A stretch of 64,000 bases of DNA from Lacrimispora sp. (lineage in GTDB: Bacteria; Bacillota; Clostridia; Lachnospirales; Lachnospiraceae): assembly GCF_031982545.1 (NCBI RefSeq), contig NZ_DALYXB010000003.1, positions 240,334 to 304,333 on the forward strand, in the 5' to 3' direction. Below are positions 11,101-20,555 of the stretch, piece after piece. The first letter of the stretch is position 1, and every line of letters starts with the position of its first letter. The notes under the pieces are model-generated. The model searched no databases, had not been told where the DNA came from, and saw nothing but the letters and a program-made list of their open reading frames with translations. A program made the translations under genes and the position numbers.

Positions 11101-11654
11101 GTCTTCTGCATGGGAATCCCGTGATCCTGAAGCTCAAGGAAGAAATTACCCTCACCGAAAATCTCCTGATAATGAAGAGCCGCTTCCTTTCCCTTTTCAT
11201 ACTGGCCCCTGCCAATATAGCGCTGCACCTCACCGGCCAGGCAGGCACTGAGAGCAATCACGCCCTCATGATATTCTCTTAATATCTCATAATCCACTCT
11301 TGGTTTATAATAAAATCCATCTACAAATCCTTTGGAAACAATCTTCATTAAATTCTGATAGCCCTGATTGTTCTCAGCCAGAAGTACCAGATGGTAGTAC
11401 CGGTCTTCCCCGCCTGCTAGCTCTCTGTCAAATCTGGAACCGGACGTCACGTACACCTCACAGCCGATTATGGGCTTGATGCCGGCTTCCCTGGCGGCTC
11501 TGTAAAAATCAATCACGCCATACATGACGCCATGGTCTGTGATTGCCATACTGTCCATTCCCAGTTCTTTCGCTCTGGCGGTCAGTTCCTTAATTTTGCA
11601 GGACCCATCAAGCAGGCTGTATTCTGTATGGACATGCAAATGTGTAAATGCCAT
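8172..11654 (-). CDS. dnaE: DNA polymerase III alpha subunit (DnaE type)
   Basis: 1160 aa with an N-terminal PHP motif (FTHLHVHTEYSLLDG), a polymerase core and a C-terminal OB fold. AAGGAG lies 8 nt upstream of the ATG. Confidence 0.95.
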   Translation of the reverse strand: MAFTHLHVHTEYSLLDGSCKIKELTARAKELGMDSMAITDHGVMYGVIDFYRAAREAGIKPIIGCEVYVTSGSRFDRELAGGEDRYYHLVLLAENNQGYQNLMKIVSKGFVDGFYYKPRVDYEILREYHEGVIALSACLAGEVQRYIGRGQYEKGKEAALHYQEIFGEGNFFLELQDHGIPMQKTVNHELVRMSAETGIELVATNDIHYTYAEDATPHDILLCIQTGKKVTDENRMRYEGGQYYCKSEEEMKKLFSYATQAVENTHKIAERCNIEIEFGVTKLPKYDVPEGFDSWSYLNKLCTEGFLRHYPDDDGTLKDRLTYELDVIHTMGYVDYFLIVWDFIHYARSKDIMVGPGRGSAAGSIVSYCLGITDIDPIRYNLLFERFLNPERVSMPDIDVDFCFERRQEVIDYVVEKYGKDQVVQIVTFGTLAAKGVVRDVGRVLDMPYARCDAIAKMIPGDLGMTLEKALKQSPDLRSAYNDDPEVKYLIDMSMRLEGLPRHTSMHAAGVVISRTSVDEYVPLSKAADGTITTQFTMTTLEELGLLKMDFLGLRTLTVIQNAVGAIKKNRDLVLDMDQIDYNDKAVLDSIGSGKDDGVFQLESSGMKSFMKELKPESLEDIIAGISLYRPGPMDFIPKYLKGKNDRNSITYDCPQLEHILGPTHGCIVYQEQVMQIVRDLAGYTMGRSDLVRRAMSKKKTYVMEKERQNFVYGNTEEGVTGCISNGVDEKTANQIYDEMIDFAKYAFNKSHAAAYAVVSYQTAFLKYYYPQEFMAALLTSVMDNVSKVSEYILSCRQMGISILPPDINEGESGFSVSGKSIRYGLSAIKSVGKSVVEQIVAERMTNGIYHDMEDFIDRMSNKEVNKRTLENFIKSGALDTLPGTRKQKLLIAPELLDQRSKERKNTMEGQITLFDLAGEEEKSNYQITFPDVGEFGKEDLLAFEKETLGIYVSGHPLEAYEETWRNHITAVTVDFIVDEETQKTNVQDGAYVTIGGMITGKNVKTTRNNKMMAFLTLEDLVGSVEVIVFPKDYESKRELFVEDSKVFIQGRASVGDDPVGKLICERVIPFSAVPKELWLKFPDKDTYVELEREILELLRESEGSDSVIIYLERERAKKVLPANWNVNASDGLLDILTKKLGEINVRLVEKKLEKIGKMN

Positions 11655-11752
11655 CTGTCGTTTCTCCTTCTATCCTCATTTCTTCTATTATAACATAAAA
11701 AGACAGCCCCTGAAAATAATTTGCGTGAAATTAAAAAAGGGGATATATAAGA

Positions 11753-11790
11753 GGCGGAGCTTCCATTGTCAGGCAATGGCAGTCTCCGCC
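11753..11790 (-). terminator. Hairpin downstream of the crh-like gene (weak terminator candidate)
   Basis: GGCGGAG...CTCCGCC with an inner CCATTG/CAATGG stem. The T-run on the minus strand is displaced from the stem, so this is weak. Confidence 0.4.
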
Positions 11791-11815
11791 TCAAAAACAC
11801 GTTATATTCCAGATA

Positions 11816-12073
11816 TTATTCCTGATTGCTTAAGTATTTCTCGATCTCACTGACCGCATGCTCTTCATCTGTACCATCAGCTGTAATTGTAATCTGCTCT
11901 CCTGCAGCAAGGCCGAGAGTCATCATACCCATAATACTTTTGGCATTCACTCTTTTTGATTCGATTTCAACATAAATGTTGCTTTCATACTGGCTGGCAA
12001 CCTGAACCAGCATAGCGACTGGTCTCGCCTCCAAACCTGATGCAAGTTCCACGGTGACTGTTTTTCTTACCAT
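11816..12073 (-). CDS. crh: HPr-like phosphocarrier paralogue of the Crh type (Ser46 present, His15 replaced by Glu)
   Basis: MVRKTVTVELASGLEARPVAMLVQ...KRVNAKSIMGMM aligns position for position with B. subtilis HPr and Crh. Position 15 is E (H in HPr, Q in Crh), and the KSIMG Ser46 site is intact. The start is the ATG at 12073 after GAGGAGGA. Confidence 0.85.
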   Translation of the reverse strand: MVRKTVTVELASGLEARPVAMLVQVASQYESNIYVEIESKRVNAKSIMGMMTLGLAAGEQITITADGTDEEHAVSEIEKYLSNQE

Positions 12074-12084
12074 AATTATCCTCC

Positions 12085-13071
12085 TCATTCCTCTGAACGG
12101 GTCTGTTCCGTTCCGCTGCCCACGCCTGTCCCGCGCAGCCGCCCTGCCAAATCACAAAGCTTTCTAAGTCGGTGGTTCACTCCTGATTTACCAACAGGAG
12201 GGTCCAGAGCTTCTCCAAGCTCCTTTAATGTTGCGTCCGGCCTCTCCAGTCTCTCTCTGGCAATCTCCATTAAATTGTCAGGAAGATTATCAAGTCCGAT
12301 TGTATCTCTGATATATTCTATATCTTCTATCTGCTTTACCGCAGCTGATACCGTTTTATTAATATTTGCAGTCTCACAGTTGACCTGTCTGTTCACGCTG
12401 TTGCGCATATCCTTTAAGATCCTGATGTTCTCAAGCTCCATTAAAGCAACCGGGGCCTCCATGACATTTAAAATATCAACAATCTGGCTTCCCTCTTTGA
12501 TATAGACAACAAAATAACGCTTTCTCTTAACTATCTTTGCATCAAGTTCAAACGTTGCAATAATTGATTTCAACTGCTCTGCTTTTTCTTCTGTGGCACA
12601 TACAATTTCATAATGGTAGAACTTCTCCGGATCACTTAAGGATCCCGACGAGAGAAATGCACCCCGTATAAATGCTCTCCTGCAGCATGACTGCTGGATC
12701 ACCACATTCTTTACTACACTTAGATTCTCTCCTACTTCTCCGTTCTCGTCAAGGAGTTTGGTTGCATGAAGTACCCGAATGGCATCTTCATGTTCCCGGA
12801 TCGTCACCGTATAAGTACGGTTTTTATTCAAGTAGGCATTTCTTCTAATAGAGACATCAGTACTTATATTAAATGTTTTTTTCAATAATGTAAAGTACTT
12901 TCTTGCAACTGCTACATTTTCTGTATGGATTTTTATCGTATAGCGGTCATCTTCCGATATGATTATCTTGCCGCAAAGGCTGATGATCGCAGCCATTTCC
13001 GCGATCTGACAGTGTCTTGCCGGGCTGATCTGCCTGGAAAGCTCTTCTTTTAATTTGGAAGAAAATGACAT
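12085..13071 (-). CDS. whiA: DNA-binding protein WhiA (sporulation/cell-division regulator)
   Basis: 328 aa with a degenerate LAGLIDADG-like N-domain (RAFIRGAFLSSGS) and a C-terminal HTH (LGEALDPPVGKSGVNHRLRKL). It lies directly after rapZ, as in Firmicutes yvc operons. Confidence 0.9.
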   Translation of the reverse strand: MSFSSKLKEELSRQISPARHCQIAEMAAIISLCGKIIISEDDRYTIKIHTENVAVARKYFTLLKKTFNISTDVSIRRNAYLNKNRTYTVTIREHEDAIRVLHATKLLDENGEVGENLSVVKNVVIQQSCCRRAFIRGAFLSSGSLSDPEKFYHYEIVCATEEKAEQLKSIIATFELDAKIVKRKRYFVVYIKEGSQIVDILNVMEAPVALMELENIRILKDMRNSVNRQVNCETANINKTVSAAVKQIEDIEYIRDTIGLDNLPDNLMEIARERLERPDATLKELGEALDPPVGKSGVNHRLRKLCDLAGRLRGTGVGSGTEQTRSEE

Positions 13072-13073
13072 AT

Positions 13074-13955
13074 CTAGACCACCCTTTTTCCTGTATTATC
13101 TTTCTCAATATCCCGGTGTTCGATCTTTATACCGAACTCAGCCCTGGACTTAAACTTTTCGTAAACCGCCTTGGCAACGGTTACGGACCGGTGCTTACCG
13201 CCGGTACAGCCAATGGCGATCACCAGCTGATTCTTTCCTTCCAGAACATAGTTTGGAAGCAGGAACTCCAGCATATCATAAAGCTTGTTCAAAAACAGGT
13301 CAGCGGTTCCATGCTGCATCACATAGTCCCGCACTTCTTTTTCTTCCCCTGTCCTGTATCGCAGTTCTTCCACATAATAGGGATTGGGCAGAAACCTCAC
13401 ATCAAATACCAGATCTGCATCCGATGGAATTCCATATTTAAATCCGAAGGAGAGGATGGTAATGTATAAATTCCGGTAAGATTCATGTTTCATGAAAATC
13501 TTTTCCAGTTCCTGCCTCAGTTCTTTGGTGAGAAGCTTGCTGGTATCGATGATATAATCTGCCTCTTCCTTTAGAAAAGCAAGCTTCCCACGCTCTTTTT
13601 CAATTCCGCTGTCGATTCTGCCGCCTGCTGCCAGTGGATGGGCTCTTCTGGTTTCTTTATACCGTTTAATCAGTATTTCATCTCCGGCATCCAGGAAAAG
13701 AATCTCAAAAGAAACCCGGTTTCTGGACCATTCATCAAAGATCCTGTCTAAAACCGATAAATCCTCGCCGCTTCTGATATCGATACCCAAAGCAGCGTTC
13801 TGGATTCCTTCCGGATTTTTAGAGGTCAGCTCCGCAAACGTCTCAATAAGGGGGATGGGTAGATTATCCACACAGTAGAATCCCATATCCTCCAGCATCT
13901 TGAGCGCCTGGGTCTTCCCTGCGCCTGACATGCCTGTCACAATTACAAGCCTCAC
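13074..13955 (-). CDS. rapZ: RNase adapter / nucleotide-binding protein RapZ (YvcJ)
   Basis: Walker A motif VTGMSGAGKT and the C-terminal IAIGCTGGKHRSV motif. Confidence 0.9.
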   Translation of the reverse strand: MRLVIVTGMSGAGKTQALKMLEDMGFYCVDNLPIPLIETFAELTSKNPEGIQNAALGIDIRSGEDLSVLDRIFDEWSRNRVSFEILFLDAGDEILIKRYKETRRAHPLAAGGRIDSGIEKERGKLAFLKEEADYIIDTSKLLTKELRQELEKIFMKHESYRNLYITILSFGFKYGIPSDADLVFDVRFLPNPYYVEELRYRTGEEKEVRDYVMQHGTADLFLNKLYDMLEFLLPNYVLEGKNQLVIAIGCTGGKHRSVTVAKAVYEKFKSRAEFGIKIEHRDIEKDNTGKRVV

Positions 13956-13974
13956 TGTATACTCCTTTGCACCG

Positions 13975-14886
13975 TTAAAACTTTCCCAGTGTCTTTACTT
14001 CCATCTCAAGCATTACTCCGGTTTTTTCGTATACCCTGTTCTTTATCTCTTCGCATAAGGCTATAATGTCCGCCGCAGTTGCCTGATTCTTATTAATCAC
14101 GAATCCACAGTGCTTTTCTGAAACCTGGGCACCTCCTACGGAAAATCCCCGAAGTCCTGCATCTTCGATCAGCTTCCCGGCAAAATGTCCTTCCGGGCGT
14201 TTAAAGGTGCTTCCTGCACTTGGAAATTCCAAGGGCTGTTTTTCTTTTCTTCTGCGTGCCAGCTCATCCATTCGTTCTTTAATCGAAACCGGATCGCCTT
14301 CTTTTAAGCGGATGTTTGCTTCCACCACCACATACTGCTTTGGAATAATGCAACTGGTCCGGTATCCCAAAGAAAGCTCGCAGGCGGGGATCTCTTTGAT
14401 ATCGCCATCCCCTGTTACTACTTTTACACTGCGAAGCACCTCTTTCATCTCCGAACCATATGCACCGGCATTCATGACTACAGCTCCTCCCAGTGTTCCC
14501 GGTATTCCGGCAGCGAACTCGAAGCCTGTCATTGACGCCTTATATGCTTCCTGTGCAATTCTCGCCAGAGAAAGTCCTGCTCCGGCTTTTATCATCCCTG
14601 TCTCCTGATTCACATGACAGCTGTTAAAGCTGTCCATAGAGATAACCACCCCGTCAAAACCCTGATCCCCCACCAGGAGATTACTTCCATTGCCTAAAAT
14701 GAAGTACGTCTCATTCTCCTGCTTACAAGTCTTAATGACTGCAGCAAGTTCCTTTTCATCTCCCGGAGTTACAAAGCAGGCTGCCGGTCCCCCAACCCGG
14801 AAGGATGTATGTCTTCGCATCTCTTCCCCTGCTTTTATATGGTTTTTATCGGCTGCACCAAGAAGTTTTTCATAAATTCCAGTCAT
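13975..14886 (-). CDS. murB: UDP-N-acetylenolpyruvoylglucosamine reductase
   Basis: FAD-binding PCMH domain (TSFRVGGPA, GNGSNLL) and a MurB C-domain (GSTFKRP, GGAQVSEKH). The ATG at 14886 is preceded by GAGGTG. The track start at 14898 is a TTG. Confidence 0.9.
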   Translation of the reverse strand: MTGIYEKLLGAADKNHIKAGEEMRRHTSFRVGGPAACFVTPGDEKELAAVIKTCKQENETYFILGNGSNLLVGDQGFDGVVISMDSFNSCHVNQETGMIKAGAGLSLARIAQEAYKASMTGFEFAAGIPGTLGGAVVMNAGAYGSEMKEVLRSVKVVTGDGDIKEIPACELSLGYRTSCIIPKQYVVVEANIRLKEGDPVSIKERMDELARRRKEKQPLEFPSAGSTFKRPEGHFAGKLIEDAGLRGFSVGGAQVSEKHCGFVINKNQATAADIIALCEEIKNRVYEKTGVMLEMEVKTLGKF

Positions 14887-14894
14887 CAGACACC

Positions 14895-15827
14895 TCAATC
14901 ATCCTGTTTTCTTGATAAGTTTGCCTGGACGCGGTTGTATAATTCCTGTGCCGCGTTGTACCCCATCTTCTTCTGTCTGTAATTGACGGCAGCTGATTCA
15001 ACGATAATGGCCAGATTACGGCCCGGACGAACGGGAATGGAATGGCATACTACCTGATTGCCTAAGAACTCCGTGTAATTGTCCTCGATCCCCAGTCTGT
15101 CGTACTCTTTATCCTTATCCCAGTCTTCCAGCTTAATCACCATATCAATGGCCTGTGTGTCCTTTACACTCTCTACACCGAACAATGTCTTCACATCGAT
15201 AATTCCGATTCCTCGTAATTCAATAAAATGTCTTGTGATTTCCGGTGCACTTCCAATTATGGTATCATCACTCACCTTGCGGATCTCCACAACGTCATCG
15301 GTTACAAGACGGTGTCCTCTCTTGATCAGTTCCAGAGCTGCCTCGCTTTTACCGATGCCGCTCTCTCCCATAATCAGCACACCCTCACCAAATACGTCAA
15401 CCAAAACGCCGTGAATGCTGATACATGGCGCAAGCTTCACCTTCAGCCAGCGGATTACCTCAGCCATTAAATCAGATGTGGTCTTATCTGAAACAAGGCA
15501 TGGGATTCCGTAATGATTGCAAAGTGCCAGCATATCCTCATCAGGATTCTGGCTGCGGCTGTATACCAGACACGGAATCTGATAGGAGAGAAGCTTATCA
15601 TACATCTCCATCTTTCTTTCATGACTCATCTGGTTTATATATTCCTGCTCTACATATCCGATAATCTGAACCCGTTCACTGTCAAAGTGATCAAAAAAAC
15701 CGGTCAGCTGAAGAGCCGGACGGTTTACATCCGGATGGCTGAGCACAATTTTCTCCGCATCGATCTCCGGCGTCATATTCCGGAGATTCATTTTTTCAAT
15801 CAGATCTGTGATTGCTACTCCATGCAT
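14895..15827 (-). CDS. hprK: HPr kinase/phosphorylase
   Basis: P-loop GESGIGKSE. MHGVAITDLIEKMNL aligns residue for residue with the B. subtilis N-terminus MAKVRTKDVMEQFNL. AAGGAG lies 9 nt upstream of the ATG at 15827. The longer track ORF (to 15917) overlaps uvrC and has no RBS. Confidence 0.9.
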   Translation of the reverse strand: MHGVAITDLIEKMNLRNMTPEIDAEKIVLSHPDVNRPALQLTGFFDHFDSERVQIIGYVEQEYINQMSHERKMEMYDKLLSYQIPCLVYSRSQNPDEDMLALCNHYGIPCLVSDKTTSDLMAEVIRWLKVKLAPCISIHGVLVDVFGEGVLIMGESGIGKSEAALELIKRGHRLVTDDVVEIRKVSDDTIIGSAPEITRHFIELRGIGIIDVKTLFGVESVKDTQAIDMVIKLEDWDKDKEYDRLGIEDNYTEFLGNQVVCHSIPVRPGRNLAIIVESAAVNYRQKKMGYNAAQELYNRVQANLSRKQDD

Positions 15828-15897
15828 GGTGAAATGCTCCTTTTCATCTGTTTTTTTCATACTAACACAGATTTCGTGTTTTGAAAAGCTGTGGGTA

Positions 15898-17769
15898 CTA
15901 ATTATGAAAGAATTCATACACGCTTTTAGCAGAACGGGAATTCATGCCTTCCGTGGCTTCCAGCTCTTCCAGTGTTGCTTCTTTCACGGCTTCCAGCCCC
16001 TTAAACCGGCGCATCAAAGCCTTTCTCCGCCCCGGGCCGATATTAGGAATATCATCAAGAATTGATTTTACCTGCCCTTTGCTTCTTAAACTTCTGTGAT
16101 ACTCAATGGCAAACCGGTGGGCTTCATCCTGAATTCTTGTAATCAGTTTAAACCCTTCCGAATGCCGGTCAATGGGGATTTCCACATTGTTATAGTACAG
16201 CCCCCTGGTCCGGTGATTGTCATCTTTCACCATTCCGCATACAGGAATGGCAAGCCCCAGCTGCTCCATAACCTCCAGAGCGATGTTCACCTGGCCTTTT
16301 CCTCCATCCATCATGATTAAATCAGGGAAACGGGTAAAACTTCCAAGCTCTTCCTCTACGCCCTTCTCCCTTAAACTTTCCGCTTCCTGTAACCCATGGG
16401 AAAATCTTCTGGTCAGAACCTCATTCATGGAAGCATAGTCATTGGCTCCCTTTACCCATTTAATCTTAAATTTCCTGTAATCATTCCGCTTGGGTCTGCC
16501 GTTTTCGTAAACGATCATGGACCCTACCGACTCAAAACCGCTTATATTGGAAATATCAAATGCCTCAATCCGTTTTACACCAGTAAGACCCAGCAGACTT
16601 CCTACCTCATTCATGGCACCGACGGTACGAAGCTCCTCCCGCTTGATCTTTTCTTTATCCTGAGAAAGCACCAGAGCCGCATTTCTCTCCGCCAGCTCCA
16701 CAAGACGTTCCTTCTGCCCCTTTTTCGGTATAATGAGTTTTACTTTCTGTCCCCGTTTGGCAGACAGCCACTCTCCAATTACCGCTTCCTCCTCAAGCTG
16801 GGTCTGAACCCATATCTCTCTTGGAATAAAGGGCGTTCCGGAATAGAACTGTTTTACAAAGCTGGTTAAAATCTGGCCGTTGTCTTCTGCCGTCGCCACA
16901 TTCACATGGAAATGCTCTCTTCCGATCAGCTTTCCCTCACGCACAAAAAAGACCTGGACCACAGCATCTTTTTCATCTTTTGCCATGGCGATAATATCCC
17001 GGTCTTCCATACCGCTGTCTGTGATCTTCTGTTTTTGGGCAATCTGTTTTACACTGGTTAATAAATCTCTGTATTCAATGGCTTTTTCAAAATCCATCTC
17101 ATCGGATGCCGCCTGCATCTTTTCTTCCAGCATGGCAATGACAGGCGCGTATTTGCCTCCAAGAAAATCAAGCACTAAACCGATGGATTTCCCATAGTCT
17201 TCCTGGCTGATATATCCCTGGCAGGGCGCCTGACACTGTTTGATATGATAGTTTAAGCAGGGTCTTTCTTTCCCGATATCTCTGGGCAGATTCCGGTTGC
17301 AGGTTCTGATCTGATACAGCTTGTGAATCAGTTCAATGGTGTCTTTTACTGCTCCTGCACTGGTATAGGGACCAAAATATCTGCTTTTATCCTTTTTCAT
17401 ATCTCTGGAAAACAGGACTCTTGGAAATTCCTCGTACATGGTAACCTTAATGTAAGGATAAGTTTTATCATCCTTTAACATGGTGTTATAACGGGGGCGG
17501 TGCTCCTTGATTAAATTGCATTCCAATACAAGTGCTTCCAGTTCCGAGTCTGTTATAATGTATTCAAAACGGGCGATTCTCGATACCATCTGTTCGATCT
17601 TTGCCGTTTTATTTCTGCTGCTTTGAAAATACTGCCTGACCCTGTTTTTTAAGCTGATGGCTTTTCCAACATAGATAATTTCGTCCCGCCTGTCGTGCAT
17701 GATATACACACCAGGCTGGGACGGCAGTTTTTTTAATTCTTCTTCTATATTAAATTCGATGTGGTCCAC
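15898..17769 (-). CDS. uvrC: Excinuclease ABC subunit C
   Basis: GIY-YIG domain (PGVYIMHD...IIYVGKA), a UVR domain, an endonuclease domain and a C-terminal (HhH)2 ([16 protein letters not shown]). GTG start. Confidence 0.95.
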   Translation of the reverse strand: MDHIEFNIEEELKKLPSQPGVYIMHDRRDEIIYVGKAISLKNRVRQYFQSSRNKTAKIEQMVSRIARFEYIITDSELEALVLECNLIKEHRPRYNTMLKDDKTYPYIKVTMYEEFPRVLFSRDMKKDKSRYFGPYTSAGAVKDTIELIHKLYQIRTCNRNLPRDIGKERPCLNYHIKQCQAPCQGYISQEDYGKSIGLVLDFLGGKYAPVIAMLEEKMQAASDEMDFEKAIEYRDLLTSVKQIAQKQKITDSGMEDRDIIAMAKDEKDAVVQVFFVREGKLIGREHFHVNVATAEDNGQILTSFVKQFYSGTPFIPREIWVQTQLEEEAVIGEWLSAKRGQKVKLIIPKKGQKERLVELAERNAALVLSQDKEKIKREELRTVGAMNEVGSLLGLTGVKRIEAFDISNISGFESVGSMIVYENGRPKRNDYRKFKIKWVKGANDYASMNEVLTRRFSHGLQEAESLREKGVEEELGSFTRFPDLIMMDGGKGQVNIALEVMEQLGLAIPVCGMVKDDNHRTRGLYYNNVEIPIDRHSEGFKLITRIQDEAHRFAIEYHRSLRSKGQVKSILDDIPNIGPGRRKALMRRFKGLEAVKEATLEELEATEGMNSRSAKSVYEFFHN

Positions 17770-17779
17770 CTGGTCCGAA

Positions 17780-18301
17780 TCACCTCAATCTTGTTCCGTC
17801 GTATTTGATCTGCAGTTCCAGATATCGCTCTACAGCGTAGTACTTCTCTTCCGGCTCCGAATCCGCTCTTCCAATCTCCATGATTTCACAGATTGCAAGC
17901 AGTTCTTCCGCCGTAAATTTGTCTTTGTAGGTTCTTAAAACCTCCAGCTTCTCATGATACGTCTCTGCGTCAAGAAATGCAAGCAGATTTTTATTGGGAC
18001 CGTGGTGTTCTTCTTTCGTTCCCTCTTCTTTTTGTTCTGCCTCCGGCTGGTCCTTCGGATCGGAATCCTTTAAATCCACGTGCTCAAACCGGTACGTTTG
18101 AAGAACATCCGGATATTTTTCATGATCCACCTCGCTGATAAACATGGAGAGAGGACGTACATAAACATCAAAGGTTCCGTACAGAGCCTGATAAACTACC
18201 ATCTTTTCTCTGGTCTCGGAATGAATCGCAACTGCTACCACCTGATACATCTTATCCTTAAAATGTCTGTAAAATTCTCCTGGTTTTGGTGTTCTCTCCA
18301 T
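17780..18301 (-). CDS. DUF1653-domain protein with an acidic C-terminal extension
   Basis: [36 protein letters not shown] resembles the DUF1653 core as I recall it. The ATG at 18301 is preceded by GAGGA. Confidence 0.6.
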   Translation of the reverse strand: MERTPKPGEFYRHFKDKMYQVVAVAIHSETREKMVVYQALYGTFDVYVRPLSMFISEVDHEKYPDVLQTYRFEHVDLKDSDPKDQPEAEQKEEGTKEEHHGPNKNLLAFLDAETYHEKLEVLRTYKDKFTAEELLAICEIMEIGRADSEPEEKYYAVERYLELQIKYDGTRLR

Positions 18302-18309
18302 CGCTTTCC

Positions 18310-19761
18310 TCACTTTTCATTTCTTAAACCGCCTGTGGTCACGATCACAACAGGTGGCTTATTCCTTTTTTCTTTTTTTTCTGAAGCTTCCCCAGACTTC
18401 TGCTGCTGCCTGGTTGTCTCTTCTTCCACCGCGCCTTCCAGACTCTTCTCTGCCTCACTCTGGACTTTGACAGGCGCCTGTGTGGTTTCTGCAGCCGAAG
18501 GTTTTGATTCTTCCTTCTTCGTGGCTCTTTGCTGGGCAATCCTGGCCGATTCCTTTTTCGCCTCTTCCTCAGATAACAGGGCATCCCAGGTATAACGGTT
18601 GGAGGCACTCCAAAGAATCCATTCGTCGTACCCTGCATCGTAAACCGCCTGGATCTGTTCTCTGACTTCTTTCTTTCCATATGGAATATGGTGATCCAGA
18701 TAAGAAGCAGTAAAGTCCTGAAGCCAGGGACGTACCTCCGCCTGTTTTACTGCCTCTCCACGGGTCTTTTCCAAATCTGATTTAGAAAGCTTTAAGGCTG
18801 CACGAATGGTCTTATAAGGTTCTGTATCCGGATGATCGATTCCGAAATTACCATCTCCGTAGTGGGACGGATAGATCATCGGGCAGATATAGTCCAGATA
18901 GTTTGCCATATCACTATAAACCTGTCCCACTGCCTGGGCATCCACATTGCTGCCGATAATGGTCCCGAACACATCGGCTGAAACCATGATATTCCTGGCA
19001 GAGAGTTTCCCATAGGCGTACTGAATGAATTCTGTTATAATATCGGTTTTCGAACGTCCCTGGGTCTCATCTGCATCAAAAACCACCTGCTTCATGGAGC
19101 TGTCCGTAGCAAACCGGATGTAGTCAAACTGAACTTCGTCAAAGCCTGCTCTGGAAGCGGCTTCTCCCACTTCCACAAGATAATCCCAGACTTCCGTGCG
19201 GTACGGATTCACCCACGCAAGTCCCTTATTATCTCTGTGCAGACTTCCATCCTTGTTTTTTAAGCTCCATTCCGGTTTCTGCTCCGCCAGATAGGGATCA
19301 CGAAATGCGACCACCCTTGCAATGGTATAGATTCCCTTTGCTTTTAACTGTGCCATCATGGCAGGCATATCCTGAATATACTTTTTCTCCGCTCCGATTT
19401 CCTTCACTGTGGGAGCACCGTCCATTGCAAACGTAATTCTGCCGTCATCATTCTTAACATCGATTACGACTGCATTGATTTCTGTACCCTCAATCTTGTC
19501 AAGAATAGCCTGAAAGCCCTCAGATCCAGCCATATATCCGGAGATATAAATTCCCTTCACTTTCACTGGGGATTTCTTTGGAAGCGCTGACACTGGAAGA
19601 GTCTCCTCCTGCTTGTCCGCCTCACTGCTCATGCTGGAATCGTCAGTTGCCTCGTCACTGGAAGGACTGTTCTTCTGAGTCTCAGGGATACCTTTATATC
19701 TGCTGCATCCGGACGCTACTAATGAGCATACAATTACTGCTAAAAGCCATCGTTTCATCAT
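18310..19761 (-). CDS. Putative glycoside-hydrolase-like (GHL/DUF4015-type TIM barrel) lipoprotein with a Lys/Glu-rich tail
   Basis: Lipoprotein signal MMKRWLLAVIVCSLVASGCS. The central VKGIYISG...NAVVIDVKNDDG...GFDEVQFDYIRF pattern is typical of GHL10-type putative hydrolases. The family call is from memory only. Confidence 0.6.
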   Translation of the reverse strand: MMKRWLLAVIVCSLVASGCSRYKGIPETQKNSPSSDEATDDSSMSSEADKQEETLPVSALPKKSPVKVKGIYISGYMAGSEGFQAILDKIEGTEINAVVIDVKNDDGRITFAMDGAPTVKEIGAEKKYIQDMPAMMAQLKAKGIYTIARVVAFRDPYLAEQKPEWSLKNKDGSLHRDNKGLAWVNPYRTEVWDYLVEVGEAASRAGFDEVQFDYIRFATDSSMKQVVFDADETQGRSKTDIITEFIQYAYGKLSARNIMVSADVFGTIIGSNVDAQAVGQVYSDMANYLDYICPMIYPSHYGDGNFGIDHPDTEPYKTIRAALKLSKSDLEKTRGEAVKQAEVRPWLQDFTASYLDHHIPYGKKEVREQIQAVYDAGYDEWILWSASNRYTWDALLSEEEAKKESARIAQQRATKKEESKPSAAETTQAPVKVQSEAEKSLEGAVEEETTRQQQKSGEASEKKEKRNKPPVVIVTTGGLRNEK

Positions 19762-19997
19762 TTCACTTTCACTTTCTTTATGGTCTTCAGTGTTTTATTG
19801 TAATAATTATTTAACATTTTACCACATTTTGTAAAATTTTCCAAATAAATTTAATATTCCGGATGCAGCCCATTGCTGCATGATTTAAAAACCAGTGATT
19901 TTATAAACCGGATACTCCCGGTCAAAATGATATCCAAAGTCCTCTTTTTAAGCATTCCAGGATCAGCTTTGCCTGGCAGGCCTGGTTTCTCCTCGTC

Positions 19998-20555
19998 TTA
20001 TGAATGCTGTCTGCAGACACACCCAAGTTCGTGGTCGTTGACAACCCCTACTGCCTGGAGATAGGAATAAATGGTTACAGATCCCACAAAGGACATCCCT
20101 CTTTTTTTCAGATCTTTGGATAGCTGATCGGACAGGTCTGTTTTTACCTGGAAATTGTCATCCTGATTTACAATGATCGTTCCGCCTGTAAATCCCCACA
20201 GATAGTTTGAAAAGGAACCGAATTCCTTTTGTATCTCCATGAATATGCGGGTATTTTTTACTGCAGCGTCGACTTTTCTTCTGTTTCTGATAATGCCGGG
20301 GTTGTTCATAAGCTCATTTAACTTTTCTTCCTTATATGCCACAACCTTCTCTGGATCAAAACCGTCAAATGCTTCCCGAAACGCTTCCCGCTTATTTAGC
20401 ACGGTAATCCAGGAAAGCCCTGCCTGAAAGGTCTCTAACAGAAACATCTCATATAATTTCTCATCGTCATAAACAGGGACTCCCCACTCCTCATCATGAT
20501 ATTTTACGTAAATGGGCAGTGATTCATTTACCCAAAAGCAGCGTTTTTTATCCAT
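19998..20555 (-). CDS. tag: DNA-3-methyladenine glycosylase I
   Basis: MDKKRCFWVNESLPIYVKYHDEEWGVPVYDD is the Tag signature. The ATG at 20555 shares one nucleotide with the map stop codon (TAATG). Confidence 0.85.
   Translation of the reverse strand: MDKKRCFWVNESLPIYVKYHDEEWGVPVYDDEKLYEMFLLETFQAGLSWITVLNKREAFREAFDGFDPEKVVAYKEEKLNELMNNPGIIRNRRKVDAAVKNTRIFMEIQKEFGSFSNYLWGFTGGTIIVNQDDNFQVKTDLSDQLSKDLKKRGMSFVGSVTIYSYLQAVGVVNDHELGCVCRQHS

Noticed and set aside
8751-11282. Several 63-141-aa ORFs inside dnaE, antisense or in alternative frames
   Set aside because: They are fully embedded in a 1160-aa conserved gene, have no RBS and have no recognisable motifs.
15828-15917. N-terminal extensions given by the ORF track (hprK to 15917, lacI to 4499, SBP from 4738, pfkA to 8127, pdp to 37167, tag to 20609, DUF1846 from 21513, lpdD-like to 51600)
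   Set aside because: Internal ATGs preceded by good Shine-Dalgarno sequences give N-termini that match the known family N-termini. The extensions overlap neighbouring genes or lack an RBS.
19863-19881. ATGCAGC-CCATT-GCTGCAT hairpin downstream of tag as a terminator
   Set aside because: The stem is only 7 bp with no adjacent T-run on either strand. It lies about 120 nt past the tag stop, inside the promoter region of the next gene. The evidence is insufficient.
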